DNA from: Glaucostegus cemiculus
Taxonomy: Eukaryota
Assembly: GCA_976551045.1 (NCBI GenBank)
Contig: CDPCPM010000052.1
Span: 11,036,001 to 11,100,000, forward strand
Direction: 5' to 3'
DNA: 64,000 nucleotides
Below are positions 12,101 to 24,656 of this stretch, in pieces (the stretch's first letter is position 1; every line of letters begins with the position of its first letter). The notes beneath the pieces were generated by a model. That model had not been told where the DNA came from. It searched no databases and worked only from the letters and a program-made list of their open reading frames with translations. A program made the translations under genes and the position numbers.

Positions 12101-15100
12101 CTACGATTATGGATGTGCAGAAAATGCTGGAAACACACGCAGGTCAGGCAGCATCCGTGGAAAGAGAAACAGTTAATGTTTCAGATCAAAAATCTCCATC
12201 AGGCCTGGGAAAGAAAGAAAACAAATTAGTGTTAAATTGCAGAAAGGGTGGGGAAAGATGGATGGAATGGGGCCAAGATTGCCATGATTATAAGTTGTTC
12301 GTGACACCAGCTGGTTGATAGATTTATGAGAGTAGTGAGAAAGAGAGAATACAAATAAAAAGACATGCAAAGCCTGTGAAATGCAGGTCAGAAGTGTATG
12401 AAATGCCCAGCAGATCAAGCAATGTCAGTGAAGAGAGGAGAAACAGGTTACAGATACTGCAGATAACACATTACAGATCAATGATGCAGCAAAATTGGCC
12501 AGTTCTGGTACTGAGAGAGTGAATTAGCTCAAACTGTTGAATTAAATATTGAATCCCAAAGGCTGTAACAAGCTCAGACTGAAGTTGAGTTCTGGGCATG
12601 TTGCTGCTTTCAAGACTCCATATTCAATTCAATAATTTTAGTTAACTTGCTTTCCTTGTTTGTATTCATAAATGACCAGTAATGCTATAGATTGTCCATC
12701 TGTAACATTTAAGATTAAGATCTCTTTAGTAGTCACCTGTACATTGGAACACACAGTGAAATGCATCTTTTGCATAGAGTTTTCTGGGGGCAGCCTGCAA
12801 GTGTCACCACGCTTCCGGCGCCAACATAGCATGTCCACAACTTCCTAGCCTGTACGTCTTTAGAATGTGGGAGGAAACCCATGCAGTCACGGGGAGAACG
12901 TACAAGCTCCTTACAGACAGTGGCTGAAATTGAACCCAGGTTGCTGGCACTGTTATAGTGTTACACTAACCACTACACTACCGTGCCTGCCACATTTACT
13001 CTGTTTTCTCTCTCCACTGACGCTGTCTGATTTACTGAGCATTTCCCATATTTCTGATTGCATTCCACAGTTTTTAATTGGCACCCAGCTAGTTTTCTCT
13101 CACACAGCCTTCCAAGGGAATCCTGGCTCCATCTTTTCAGAAATAGTCTCTTTGCCCTGTCCATCCCTTCCTCTCTGCAACTTTAAACAAACTTTTCTCT
13201 TTCCCAGTTCTAATGAAGGGTGTTCAACCTGAAAAGTTAACTCTGTCTCTCTTTTTCAGCTGCCTAACCTGCTAAGTGCCTTCCTGCATTGTCTGTGTTT
13301 TTTTTATTTTCATATTTCCCACATTGGCAGTATTTTGATTTTCTTTATGAGCATACCTTTGTGTGAGGATGCCACAACTCTTCTCACAGTACACAGTTGT
13401 ACTAGGGAGTTATGCTGATCTAAATCATTATGGTTTGAGTTGAAAAACCATGGGAAGGATTTATGAAGACAGCTTGGTGAGATAATTGAGGTTTTAACAA
13501 TACCATGACAGAGTGAAACAAAAGTATCTTTTGCCATAAAAGTAGTTGACACTTCATTGAAGAATATATATCCAGGAGTGTGTCCCAGATGAGTAAGTTC
13601 TCCAGTGGACAAAGAACTAAGCATTGCTTCATTTAATTCTGGGGAAAGAAATGGTTAAAGTAGCTGAAGGGAAGTAGAAAAATAATTAGGAAATAATGTC
13701 TCCATAGAAATTCAGTGTGATTGTGGAGAAAGATAGCAGCCAATCAAAGGTAACTCTTCTAGATTTAGAAAAGGTGAAATTGAGTTAGATAAGAGATTTG
13801 TTTAAAATGAACTAGGCCAATAATTTACTTAGAAGGGACAATGGATCAGCACTGGGAAACACCCAAGTATGAAATGGATATAGTTCTAACTAAAATTACT
13901 GATTTAAAAAAAAGTTGGAGGTGATAAAATCCTTAATGAATGAATTAAGGATTTTCTCTCTTGAGGATCTCTCCCTCTCTCTCTCATTCTCTGCTCCAGA
14001 ATGTATATGCTGTTCCAATTCTGACACGCTGCATGTCCTTGAATTTCAACATTTCGCAACTGGAATCTGCACCTTCAGTTGCCTGGGCCCTATGCTCTAG
14101 AGTTCTCTTCATAGACCTCTACCTCTTCCTTTAGTTTGCTCCTTAAAATTCACCTGATGGACAAACTCTTGGTAATCTGTCTTAATCTCCCTTTCCATAT
14201 TGCTCAGTACCAATTTTTTTTCTTCTCTTTTGCTCAGAGAAGTAGAAAGTGTACCGTACTATTGGTAAATGAGAGGAGGTGAGTGTTGGGAGGAAAATTT
14301 ATATAATGAAAATATATGGTGGGAAGACATTTGAAAAAAGCAAACAGATCTTGAAAGTTAAAGAGGATAATTTTCTAAAAGTACATGTAGATATACTCAA
14401 GGATAATGGCATGTTGAATTTTTAAAAAGAATTGCATATAATTTACAGCATGGAATCAGCACGCTTCACCCAATCAGACTTTGTCAGTTTATGTTTTGCA
14501 TGCAAATCCTTGAAGCCCTCTTCATCCTTCTTTCTACCTCGTAACCAGTATCAGAAGGTGAGAATAGATTGAGCGGGTCTTTATTGACCATGTACAATAT
14601 GGGCCAAAGGGTCTCATTCTGTGTCATAAATTGGAGTTGGTTTATTATTGTCACTTGTACTGAGGAAAAACTTGTTTTGCATACCATTCATACAGACCAA
14701 TTCACTACACAGTGCATTGAGGTAGTACAAGGCAAAACAATGCAGAACACAGAGTAAAGTGTCACAGCTACAGAGAAAGTGTAGTGCTACAGAGAAAGTG
14801 TAGTGCAGATAGACAATAAGGCGCAAGGTCATAATGAGGTATAGGGTCCATCTTGGCATACTAGAGAACTGTTCAATAGTCTTATAACAGCAGATAGAAG
14901 TTGTCCTTAAGCCTGATGCTACATGCTTTCTGGCTTTTGTATCTTCTGCCCGATTGCAGAGGGGAGAAGGGAGAATGTCCAGTATGGGTAGGGTCTTTGA
15001 TTATGCTGGCTGAAATACTGAGGCAGTGAGAAGTGTGGACAGAGTCCATGGAGGGGAGGCTGGTTTCTGTGATGCGCTGAGCTGTGTCCACAACTCCCTG

Positions 15101-17923
15101 CAGTTTCTAGATGTCATGGGCAGAGCAGTTGCCATACCAAGCCATGATGCATCTTGATTGGATGTTTTCTATGGTGCATCAATTAAAATTGTTAAGTGTC
15201 AAAGGGGACATGCCAAATTTCTTTAGTGTCCTGAGGAAGTAGAGGTGCTGGTGAGCTTTCTTGGTTGTGGTGTCTACGTGGTTGGACCAGGCCAGGCTAA
15301 TGGTGATGTTCACTCTGAGGAACTTGAAGGTCTCAACCCTCTCGACCTCAGCACCATTTCCTTAAGTCAATGACCATCTCTTTTGTTCTGCTGACATTGA
15401 GGGAAAGGTTGTTGCCATGACACCACAGTACTAAGCTCTCTATCTCCTTTCTGTACTCCGACTCATTAATTCAATGATTCTCTGATTTCTGTGAAGGTGA
15501 CCACTGCCCAGTGGGTAAGAGGGGGTAACTTGCCCAGGCAAGCAGCCCAAAGTGTACCAGTGTTTCTGATTAAAGTCTGATGTGTAGTTGGGATGAGAGA
15601 GTTCTTAATTCTCTGGATTTCAGATAAATGGGATATATGCTTCTGGGGATGTTGAAATGGGTTACAAAGTTGTGGAGAGTGGGATGTAGCGAAGGGGAAC
15701 TCCCAGCCATGGAGGAGTTTGAAGAGAGTTTTAAATTGGAGGTGATGGTATATCAGGAATCCATGTAGATCAGCAAGGATGGGATAGGTGAATGTAACTT
15801 GATGCCAATTCAGACACAGTTTTGGATGGGTTGAAGTTTGTGGTAGATGTGAGCCTTTTAAGGAGATTGTTGGAATCGTCCACAGCTGGAGGTCCTGAGA
15901 GTTTTGACAGCAGGGATTCTGTGGCTGGTGTTATACTGCAGACATTTCTGGTTCAAGAATGCTTGCTTGGAGTTGCCAAAGGTGTGATTCCCTATTGGAG
16001 AGTTGCTGCAGTTGAATTCAATGCTGACTTCTTATTCTTACCCCTGCAATGCTTCTAGTTGCCCAAAAACCACTGAGGTTGCTGCATTTATCAAAGTCCA
16101 GTCTCCTGTGCATAACTACTTTTTTTCCTCCCTCCACTGATGGCCACCTATCTTGTCTCTTAACCCCAGATTCTTTCCCCACCCCTTAAAATCTCTCTTT
16201 CCCATTTCTGTCAATGGTCTTTTAAAGATGTCATGTGCATTGCTGAGTATTTCCAGCATTTTCTGTTTTTTACTCCTTGAAACCTGATCAAGGTTGGCCT
16301 CCCTTCCTGGTGTCTGTGTTAAATTTTGTTTGTTTAAACTCTTGTGAAAAGCGATGGAGAATTTTGCTATGTTAAAGCTGTCAAATAAATGCAGGCTCTT
16401 ATGCCTGGAATTTTCACTGTGGTACCTTTCATCCAAAATTCTGAGACTCAGGCAGTCAGCTTTCACAATGGTGGTAACCATGGAATTTTGTTTGGAGAAT
16501 CACTAATCCATGATGTCGATTTGAAGAGTCCATTTCCACTTTAACTCTATGGATGTGGCACCTTATGAATTAAAAGAATGGTGATTATTTTATTGAAAGA
16601 TGAGATCTCCCTTTCTCTTTTTGTTATTTCATTAAAAAAGTATTCCATCTTTAAATCCAATGAAAGTAGCATCTGAATTATTTAAGTGGTTGATGTGAAA
16701 GGTGGATATACTGCTGGGATTTTCTGATATCCCAGTTGTCTGTGTGGGTTGGAGAATTTATTCCATGTGTGTTAGAATACAGCTGATTTGGCTGCAGCTA
16801 CACAATACTTGGAAAGAAAGAATATTTATTTTGTATAGTGAGTTATGATCTAGAGTACATCACCTGATAAAAGTGGTAAAGGATGGTTCATTAATAACTT
16901 TGAGTATTAAAGATACATAAAGAAAATCTTGCATGGTTCTGTGGGGGAAAAAAAAGGGAATGTAGCTAATTACATCCCTCTTTTAAACAGCTAGTACAAA
17001 TATAAAAAGTTAATTCCCCTTCTGTGCTCTGATTTTGTATGGCTACTGAGGCAAAGTCAAATCAGCTCAGTCCCAACTCTTGGTGTATAACCATTGCAAC
17101 TTGTTCATATTATTCAGAGCATTATATGGACAAAGGAGACCTGTTTTTCACCAGACCTGAGTTTGTGCATTCATTTATTTGAATGTTTCAGCAGGATGTG
17201 AAACTGGGCCCCATGCACCTACCTAGTGGCTGAAATGCTGCTGTTGAATTCAAGTCTAGTTTTGACTCAGAATGGTTCACATGATGCTTGGAGAGTTTAT
17301 TTCCAGGGCAGAAATAAAACAGGGTAACCATGTCAATTCAGCTCTAAAGGGTTTGTGAGCTGCACAATGACATCAGTTATGGCTTTTTTGGTGGTTCTCG
17401 AGTTAGGTGTGTTTATTCTTGTCCTACTCCGACATGTAATCCAGACTGACACACCCAGTGCAGGTTTTTTTTTGAGGGGATGCTGCACTGTTGGGAAAGC
17501 CATTATTCAGATAGGATGTTAAAATGTGTGCCTTTCTTGTCTTTCAAATGAAAGTAAGAGGTCCGGGAGCAGTGGCTTAATATGGCATTCTGCCTCTAAT
17601 GTGTTGGCCAATATTTATCATATAACCATCACTAATTCAAAAAAAAGATTATATGGTTATCTTACTGTGTGGAACCTTCATATAAATTGATTATCATATT
17701 TACTGTGTTATATTTTATTGTAAAAAGTGCTTTGGGATATATAAATGCGAATCTTTATAAGGCTATAAACATGGCCCATGTAATGTTCTGCCAGTGGAGG
17801 TGTTCAAATGTTTTATTGGTATATTTTGATTTTTTTTCTTCCCATACTTCAAACTAGGATTATCCAATTTCTGATGTTGATCTCATCCTGAAGAAAGCAA
17901 AAGAACTACAGGAAACTGCATAG
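1..17923 (+). CDS. TBC1D13: TBC1 domain family member 13 (Rab GAP), 3' part of gene; exons <1-169, 2076-2239, 4286-4446, 5367-5424, 17858-17923
   Basis: Spliced translation EYEVLPNGCEAHWEVVERILFIYAKLNPGIAYVQGMNEIVGPIYY...EHAEADTFFCFTNLMSEIRDNFIKSLDDSQCGI...QEQNIKPQFFAFRWLTLLLSQEFLLPDVIRIWDSLF...LIRDQLLAGDFTINMRLLQ DYPISDVDLILKKAKELQETA*. TBC YxQGMNE motif present; all introns GT-AG with matching phases (1,0,2,0). Confidence 0.96.
420..800 (-). mobile_element. Decayed CR1-like LINE 3' fragment
   Basis: Reverse complement of the CR1-type 3' region (gggaatctttggaattc...gaatatattcaagac); near-mirror copy at 7262-7630. Confidence 0.65.
805..983 (+). mobile_element. Short palindromic Penelope-derived element with a degenerate hammerhead core
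   Basis: Inverted arms 838-881 / 938-981 enclose CTGATGA-AGGGTCTCGACCC-aaatt-GTC; candidate TSD ttcccaagaata (793-804) / ttcccaggaata (984-995). Confidence 0.7.
2076..2239 (+). CDS. TBC1D13: TBC1D13 coding exon
   Basis: Acceptor tccag at 2071-2075, (E)HAEADTFFCFTNLMSEIRDNFIKSLDD..., donor GTATGA at 2240. Confidence 0.95.
4286..4446 (+). CDS. TBC1D13: TBC1D13 coding exon
   Basis: Acceptor tccag, QEQNIKPQFFAFRWLTLLLSQEF...VCCAML, donor GTAAGT at 4447. Confidence 0.95.
5367..5424 (+). CDS. TBC1D13: TBC1D13 penultimate coding exon
   Basis: Acceptor ttgtag, LIRDQLLAGDFTINMRLLQ, donor GTAGGG at 5425. Confidence 0.92.
7262..7630 (+). mobile_element. Decayed CR1-like LINE 3' fragment
   Basis: Same family as 420-800 in the opposite orientation. 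Confidence 0.65.
8268..8885 (-). mobile_element. Rex/L2-like LINE 3' fragment
   Basis: Minus-strand tail (gacaataaac-taatctaa repeats at about 8270-8290) and RT C-terminal-like sequence (gttgttccgacaccatga...ctgtactctgtctcatcattgttg). Confidence 0.6.
8900..9912 (-). mobile_element. CR1 LINE, 5'-truncated, RT fragment
   Basis: ORF 9385-9813 reads VTSGVPQGLVLGPLLFVLYVNDLD...KFADGAKIGG...LGEWAKKWQIEYSVGKC (CR1 RT); short tandem 3' tail (cataaga-like) at about 8905-8925. Confidence 0.9.
11590..11945 (-). mobile_element. Deu-domain (SacSINE/AmnSINE-like) SINE, decayed
   Basis: Reverse complement of the Deu core (ctcccacaagcagcaatgtg...ttagtgatgtt...ccttgctcttcaaaatag) and tRNA-like head (cttgaacctacaaccttctgactcagagg). 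Confidence 0.6.
12110..13310. mobile_element. Old Penelope-derived element with inverted terminal arms (12110-12275 minus, 13140-13310 plus) and a nested SINE
   Basis: The arms are reverse complements of each other and each carries a decayed CTGATGA...GAAAC core (12171-12203 and 13206-13242). Confidence 0.55.
12701..12988 (-). mobile_element. tRNA-derived V-SINE (HE1-like)
   Basis: V-domain (gtgggaggaaacc...gtcacggggagaacgtacaagctccttacagacag), B-box-like ttgaacccagg, and a 3' tail of aagatt repeats. Confidence 0.8.
14635..15470 (-). mobile_element. Rex/L2-like LINE 3' fragment
   Basis: ORF 14882-15091 (DTAQRITETSLPSMDSVHTSHCL...IIKDPTHTGHSPFSPLQSGRRY) is a typical RT C-terminus; 3' tail gacaataataaacc. 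Confidence 0.85.
17425..17760 (+). mobile_element. Deu-domain SINE, decayed
   Basis: taatccagactgacac...cagtgcag...gagggatgctgcactgttgg...tggccaatatttatc...gctttgggatatataaatgcgaatcttt. Confidence 0.6.
17858..17923 (+). CDS. TBC1D13: TBC1D13 last coding exon
   Basis: Polypyrimidine tract plus ctag acceptor, DYPISDVDLILKKAKELQETA-TAG, resembling the vertebrate TBC1D13 C-terminus; follows a 12.4-kb intron. Confidence 0.92.
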   Translation, partial: DYPISDVDLILKKAKELQETA

Positions 17924-18522
17924 CAACATTGCAGACCTACTCAATATTCCAGAAACTGCCAGATACGCACATGCAGCAAATATATGGTGTGAAGGTGATC
18001 AAACCTGCCTCTGCTGTGCCTTCTGAGAAAACTTCTCCACACTGCTATGCAGTGTGTGGCTAAAGAGGTCTATTACTCTGTACTGTGCAATCCTGTGATT
18101 CCTCATCTCATCCCATTTGTGTCACCCCCTGCCTCCCCATTACCCTGCCCTGCCTCCCAAACACCATGGGGGGAAAAATCCCTGTGAGATTCTTGATCTG
18201 TCTCTTTCTGTCTCTCTCTCGTGAATCAATATGCACTAATGGTGCTAATTATGGCGTCTGTATGTTCGTATGTATTTAAATTTGCACTCCAAAATGAAGG
18301 CAATGACCTTTCCTCTAATGAAAGAGTATGGTAGAAGATGTTAATAAAGAAACTCTTATCACAGAGTTAAAGGAAGCAAAAGCACAATTCTATAACATTC
18401 TTAGTTGGTGCTAGATGTTTGCTCTCTTTATTGCTGTGATGGAGGTCTCTGGGCTTGGCTTGTGACAGATGGGTCAGAGGGTGAAAGATCAGTTACTAAA
18501 TCAGGTACTTCAATCGGAACTG

Positions 18523-18548
18523 CCCAAACCAAACCAAACCAAACCAAA
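18523..18548 (+). repeat. (CCAAA)n microsatellite in the putative TBC1D13 3' UTR
   Basis: cccaaaccaaaccaaaccaaaccaaa. Confidence 0.85.
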
Positions 18549-21500
18549 AAACACTTAAGCTAATGTTGTTTTGAAATGCAAAATCCTCACTGTCTTGAAT
18601 GTTGAAACACAGTGAGGTTTACTAAACTTTCAGTATCTACAGGAATGTGGCAACAAGAATTGAACGTTTTGCTGTGTTTAAAGGACCAGGACGTGATTGA
18701 CCAAAAATTTCATGGGCATCTAGGCAATACTTTACAGGTCTGCCCCACTGATTGTGGTAGTCAATATTGCCACAATGTCTTACGAGAGAATATTGTGGAA
18801 GTCCTTTTTTCATAGTCTTGTGCAACATTTGAATGATTATATGGATTTTCACACTGATTGCCTTCCAGAGTAAGATCTGATAATTGCTGCTGATTTGGAC
18901 AAAGTGCAAAAAGCTTTGTTCCTTGACATTTCAGTCGCTGTATCAAAGTTAGTAACTCACACTAAGAACTCTGATTTGCTAAATTTCAGATGAGCCAGTG
19001 GTCATATCACCACATTTACACCTGTAGTTAAGATTTGTACTACTTTCCCATATGAAGCTGTATAATATTTTTAGTGACTATATTTAGTGTCGCCCTTAGG
19101 GTGAGTGGTAGAGGGGCGTAAGGAGCTTTGGGATTCATTGAAATCAGTTCTCTTAAATTTACACCTTATAACCCCTGATTTTTTTTCTTTTATTCGTTTA
19201 GAACTGTGTTGAAGAATTCATGGTTCTGTTTCAGTGCTTCAAAAGAAATGTTTAACAGTTATAAGAGATTTAAGCCAAGGTTCAAAGCATACAAAAACAA
19301 TTTGCATATGTAGTTAAAAAAAAGCATCTGCTCGTATAATGTCAGATTTGGAGCTAATACTGGCTTTCCTAAAACTTTTATTACAGACTGTCTTTTTGTT
19401 TTCCTTTTCTACCTACTTTTTGTTTAATACTAAATCACTTCTGACATTCTGAGAAGAAAACTTCACTTCTAACAAAATGACTAGATTGCTGAGATGATGC
19501 CAGAATCATTAGAACTTGTAAAACATCTAGGGAATATTCCTCTGTTCTGTCGCTGACATTAATCCTTTCTTTTCCAAGGGGTTACCAAGGTGATTCTCAG
19601 CCAAGTTTGGTTAGCATTCGTCCATCACCATCACTGAATGTGATTTCTGAATTTAAAATGATTCCCTTTTAGGTTCACTTATGATTTTGGATTTGCCCTT
19701 CCCTGACATTATTGCAAATATATCATTTATATTACTGCCCACGTAAAACAATATTAACACTTTTAAATGAGTTGGAGTAAACTTTTCTCACTCCTTTAAC
19801 TGGTATTACCTTTGTGGTAAAGCCACAATCCTGATAGTTCTTGGGGGGACAATTATATTCCATAATGAAGTGTGAAGGCAGCATGAAATATTTTGTGACG
19901 TGTATAGATCCAGGAAATATCACCATTCTTCTTTTAATGTTGGCAATGTTTGCATGAATTTAAAATCATCCTAGATTTCTATTAGTCTCCAGTCTATATA
20001 ATTTTGTGGTTGTGTTTTGATAATTGGGGCAAACAATTTGTGACATTGGCAAGTCCCACAACTTTTTACCTGACATCATTACTTTGATCAGACAACAGCC
20101 TTTGCATAACTCTGAAAGTTCACTCTTTTTTTTGAGGTCCTAGGGTTGCCCCTTCATCCACCTAACAATAAGGTGCCTTTTCATGCAATTATTACAGTTA
20201 CTATGTCTGTTGATCTTGTATTTGGTCAGTTCTCTGCTGTCCATCTCGGCGTTCTTCAAAGTTTAAAAAAATTCTGATTGGAACAGCCAACAAGCAGACA
20301 ATTGCAAGACCAACTGAAAAACTCAAGTGTTGGGTGGGCAAAAGGAATCAGTAACTTTAAAAACGCAGCAATTAAAGGAAGAAACTAAGGGTTCCGCAGC
20401 CTGCAGTCAAAATATAACCATGCAATTTCTACTGTATTTTTTCACACAGTAGATTACATCCTCTCATAGTTGCATCTTCAGGATGTGTCATTATGATGTG
20501 ATGTCAAGATATCGAATATTCTGTTGTTTTGATGCCCCATTGTACTCTGCCTTGCTCTTTCTCTCATTGTATCCTTCTCTGACTGCCCTGTTTTATTCTC
20601 TATGAAGAGAAGTCTTGCTCGTCTTTTCAGTGGGGAAAAAGAGCCCTTTCTTGTTTGCTCAATATGACACAAGCCGCTGTACTGCACAGACATGATGTCA
20701 GTATTATTACAGAGTGCAAAACAATTTCACCTGGAAGTATTCAAATATCTGATTTCAAGGACTGCAGAGTCAATCTCATAGGGGTATGGACTCGTTTAGA
20801 TCTTGTGAAATTTCTATTCCATTTAATTCTAATGTATCCATCAAATTCACAGCACTTAAGAATGAACTAACCCTTTCCAATTCTCCAGTTGCATTAGCCC
20901 TATGAAACTGAAGAGGTAATTCAACCCCTCCAATCTTTTTTGCCATTCTATTGAATTGTGATCCGATTGTATCTTAGCTCTGTTTATCTGGTTGTGTTCT
21001 GTTAACAAACAAAAATTATGGAATCTTAGTCTTGAGATATTCTGTTGATCCCTGTCACCATCACTCATTTCTAGATATCCACCATTCTTCATTTCCTGAC
21101 ATTATGCCTGAATAACACGGGAGCAGTTTATGGTTATCCCCTTGTTCTGCACTAGATCAGAAGAAATAGTTTTGCCCTATCAATCCAGGAACTGATTTGA
21201 GCATCACAGTTTGTTTACGTTTTGTGGGAACAAACCACTGAAAATAGAAAATGTTGCAACAAGGATGCCTTGGCTGCAGAAGTTAAATCACTGGGTCTCA
21301 AACTGAGCATGGGAGGCAATTTTGGGACTGCAGCTTTATATCATAATACTAGCAGTGGGGCGATGCACTCGAGGACCAGACATTCTCTTCTCATCAAGGG
21401 AAAATTCCAATTTAGTCTTGGTTATTTTACAGTGTAATTTTAAGAGTAATTATAATTCATAAGATCATCTTTCATTTTATATTAGGCTAATCATTGTCTG

Positions 21501-24500
21501 CCACAACCTTTAAACCTTACTTATAGACATTTCTTTTCCCATTGATATTTACCACCACATGTAAATGCAGGCCTCCCAGGTCTCCTTCCTTAATGAAGCA
21601 CCTTTTCTATTGATCATCCTCCCAACCACAGGTGCCTGAATCTCCACTTTTTTTTGCTGAAGTGGGTGGTATTCCTTATAAGATCCATAAATAAATTCCT
21701 AATTCTTTAGTAAATGCTGATAGGGGAAATATTGTGACACAAGTATTTTCACACTTCTCCCATCTTTTCCCCATTTCACTTGCAATACCTGAGAACAAAG
21801 GGTTATATACTGCTAGTGTGACATAAATTTATGCTTGCAACTGCATGACAAGATTACCTTCCAGATTGTGGACAAAATAAAATAATGCTGTTTATTATAT
21901 TTTGTGGAGTCAGCACTTCAGAGTAGTGTGCAAAAAATTCAAGTTGGTCTGGATTTAAGTCTTTAATGTACAGAATGTATACTTTGGCTACCAGTGCAGT
22001 TTTGTGTTTGAAACACTTTTTCTTGTTTGGAATGCAATGAATGGCAAAAGCTTTTTTTAAAAAAAAAATCTTATTCTGGTGAATGTTGTTTGGGTTTTAG
22101 TTTCAAAAGGTGGTGATATACTTATTAATTCTCTGTTGATCTCTGGCAAAGGTACAATGTGTTCAAAACTCAGGTAAAGAAACGGTCACCAGCATTGCAA
22201 GATGTATCTGAATTAAGTGGTCATGCAGAGAAAACTGATAGTGCCCTGTGACTGCAGTAGTGATCCCAATTTCTACATGCATTGTCTTTCACATATTCTA
22301 CATATCTGTGTCTTGCTCATGCACCTTGTATGTATGCTAATGCTTGCTGTGGCACTGTATCTGCCTGTCTTTGTCTTAACTTTTCATGAGACATAACAAG
22401 TAGTCTGCATCTTCCTTGTATACTCTATTTGACTGCTTTTTACATAGGTGTTCTGTGTCTCACATATTGTGCACATCTCCTGTTTCTTGAAACACAGTGG
22501 TTGCAAGCTTGTGGTCTGTAAGCTGCTGGTTCCTCTCCTTGCATGAGACAACATCAATTGCCTTTCTTGTACAGCCTCTGTGTCTGTTTCTCGCTCAATC
22601 ACACATTTGTGTCACACTCGGCACTGTCCCTTTATAGGTGTTAGGGGAGAAGTGATGATCAATATTAGAACAGTGTGTTAAAATAAGTGGCAGTGGAAAG
22701 ACTTGCTCCTGCCATTGTGCAGTGTTATTTTAAAGGTTAGAATTGTGTTCATTTATAGCTGGATATCAAGTGATCGGTTATCTTTTATTGTGTTGATACT
22801 ACAGAGCCATGCAGGGCACGTTGACACTAATAGACCAAGAACACTTTCAGTGAGTGGTTTCACCTAAATGTGACAGTTATATATCTGTCGAACAGTGAGT
22901 ATTTTTTCTGTAGCTTTACAAGTTACAGTAAGTTTTGTTTTCAGTATCAGGATCAGAATGCAGGAGTTTTGCAGCACATTCCATCTGTGGGTAAAGCTCG
23001 ATTGTCAGTGTTTGTGGGGTAAATGAAAATGTTGAGAATTAGATGCCAAGCTGGAAAACTGATTTAAAGCTTTTTCTATGACACTTGCACTTGGCTACCC
23101 CTGAGAAGCTATAATAGGGGTAATGGATTCTGTGGAGTTGGCAGATGCAGTTTCTGGGTGTTGGCAAGAAGTACTGATAAGCTTCCTTCTGCTTCTGGGG
23201 TTTACCTAGAGCTGGGTAAGGTTTTATCCCAGCCCTTAGAAGGATAATGGTCCCCCTGATTGCACGTTTTGTGGAACGGTGATCCAACAGTTAGTGCTGC
23301 ATTTCTGCCTGGCTTGGATATGAGATTGTTAATTCCAGTGAAGAATTAACGTGAATCTGTGCTCTCAGAACAGAAAGTGGACTTAACAAATTGTGTTTTG
23401 TTTTTAAAAGCAAAACATGGTGATAGTGGTGGTAGAGAAGGAAGGGAAAAGGCAAGTCAACAGGTAATGTTTCCTACCATAAGCATGCAATATCTCCAAG
23501 AGAACTTAATTGTGAGTTAAATGACAACAGTTGCATTCACTTCCCAAAATTTGTAGTAAGTAATCATAAAAAATTTGAGGCTGAACTGGGATTGAAGGCA
23601 AAGAGAGGCAGGTTAAACAACCGCTGTACAGTATATGGCATTATTCTCTGAAGCTAATGCCCCATTCACAACTACTGATGTGTTACCATGACAGTCTTGG
23701 AATCCTGTATAGAATAAGACTGTTGATATGTTTATAAGTGTTGCCCTGCTTAAATGGAGTTGCATGTGCCATTAACATCATAAGAGTGGGGTTAAATAGC
23801 CAGCTGCCATTCTATGGTTCTGCTTGTGTTTTCTCATTAAATTATTCGGGGAAATTGATGAAGGCAGCAATGAAACGTGTACTAAATTACAATGCAGGAA
23901 GGAATAAATGTCAATTGCTAGTGTACAATGTATATAAACAGGAGTATACTGCATTGTAAGAGCCAGTAAATTATTTTTGCATCATTAATGATATAAACTT
24001 TTATTTCATGGTTGATGGTTGCCATTTATTGAGTGGCAAGTTTATAATTTGCTGCATTTTGCACAGGTCAGAAAAATCTAAATCAATTCAATGTAGCAGA
24101 AATGCAACAGAGAAAGGAAGATATTATTTACTGCTACAGCACAAGCTTTATATTTACTGAGGAAATACAAGACTGTTATATAAAGGGATCATATTTTTCC
24201 TGCTGATTATGACCTTGGATTAATATCTCCCCTCCTCTAGCCATATGTTATCACCTAACCAATGGTCACTGTAAGCATAAGCAGGGTTCATTATCTAAAT
24301 GCCTCCATTTCTTAAAATAAATCCCTGGCTCATCTATAAACCATCAGTGTCTAGCACCTTATGAAGGTTTTGGGGGAAGGGGCATTTCCATAGAACAATC
24401 ATTCATTTCATATGGGTTTCTTCCATATAAGCTCTCAATTGTGTTTTTTGTTTCAATGAAGGTTTACTTAATGTGTGATATTCCAATGACTGTTATTAAT

Positions 24501-24650
24501 GTTTTCCCAAAATGATGTGCACTTGTATTTAAAAAATTTTTTTTACAAATTGCGCTTAATGTCTGCGTCTGAATTTTAGAATGGAAAGAAATTGTTAGCG
24601 TATTTTGTTCAAAGTGCACATGGTTAATTGTTGTTTTTGGAAAAAAAATA

Positions 24651-24656
24651 ATTAAA
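24651..24656 (+). terminator. Candidate distal poly(A) signal of TBC1D13 (ATTAAA)
   Basis: ATTAAA preceded by U-rich sequence and followed by a GT/T-rich downstream element (ttttggttgctttgtgatctttgtg); ends a repeat-poor stretch after the stop codon. Confidence 0.45.
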
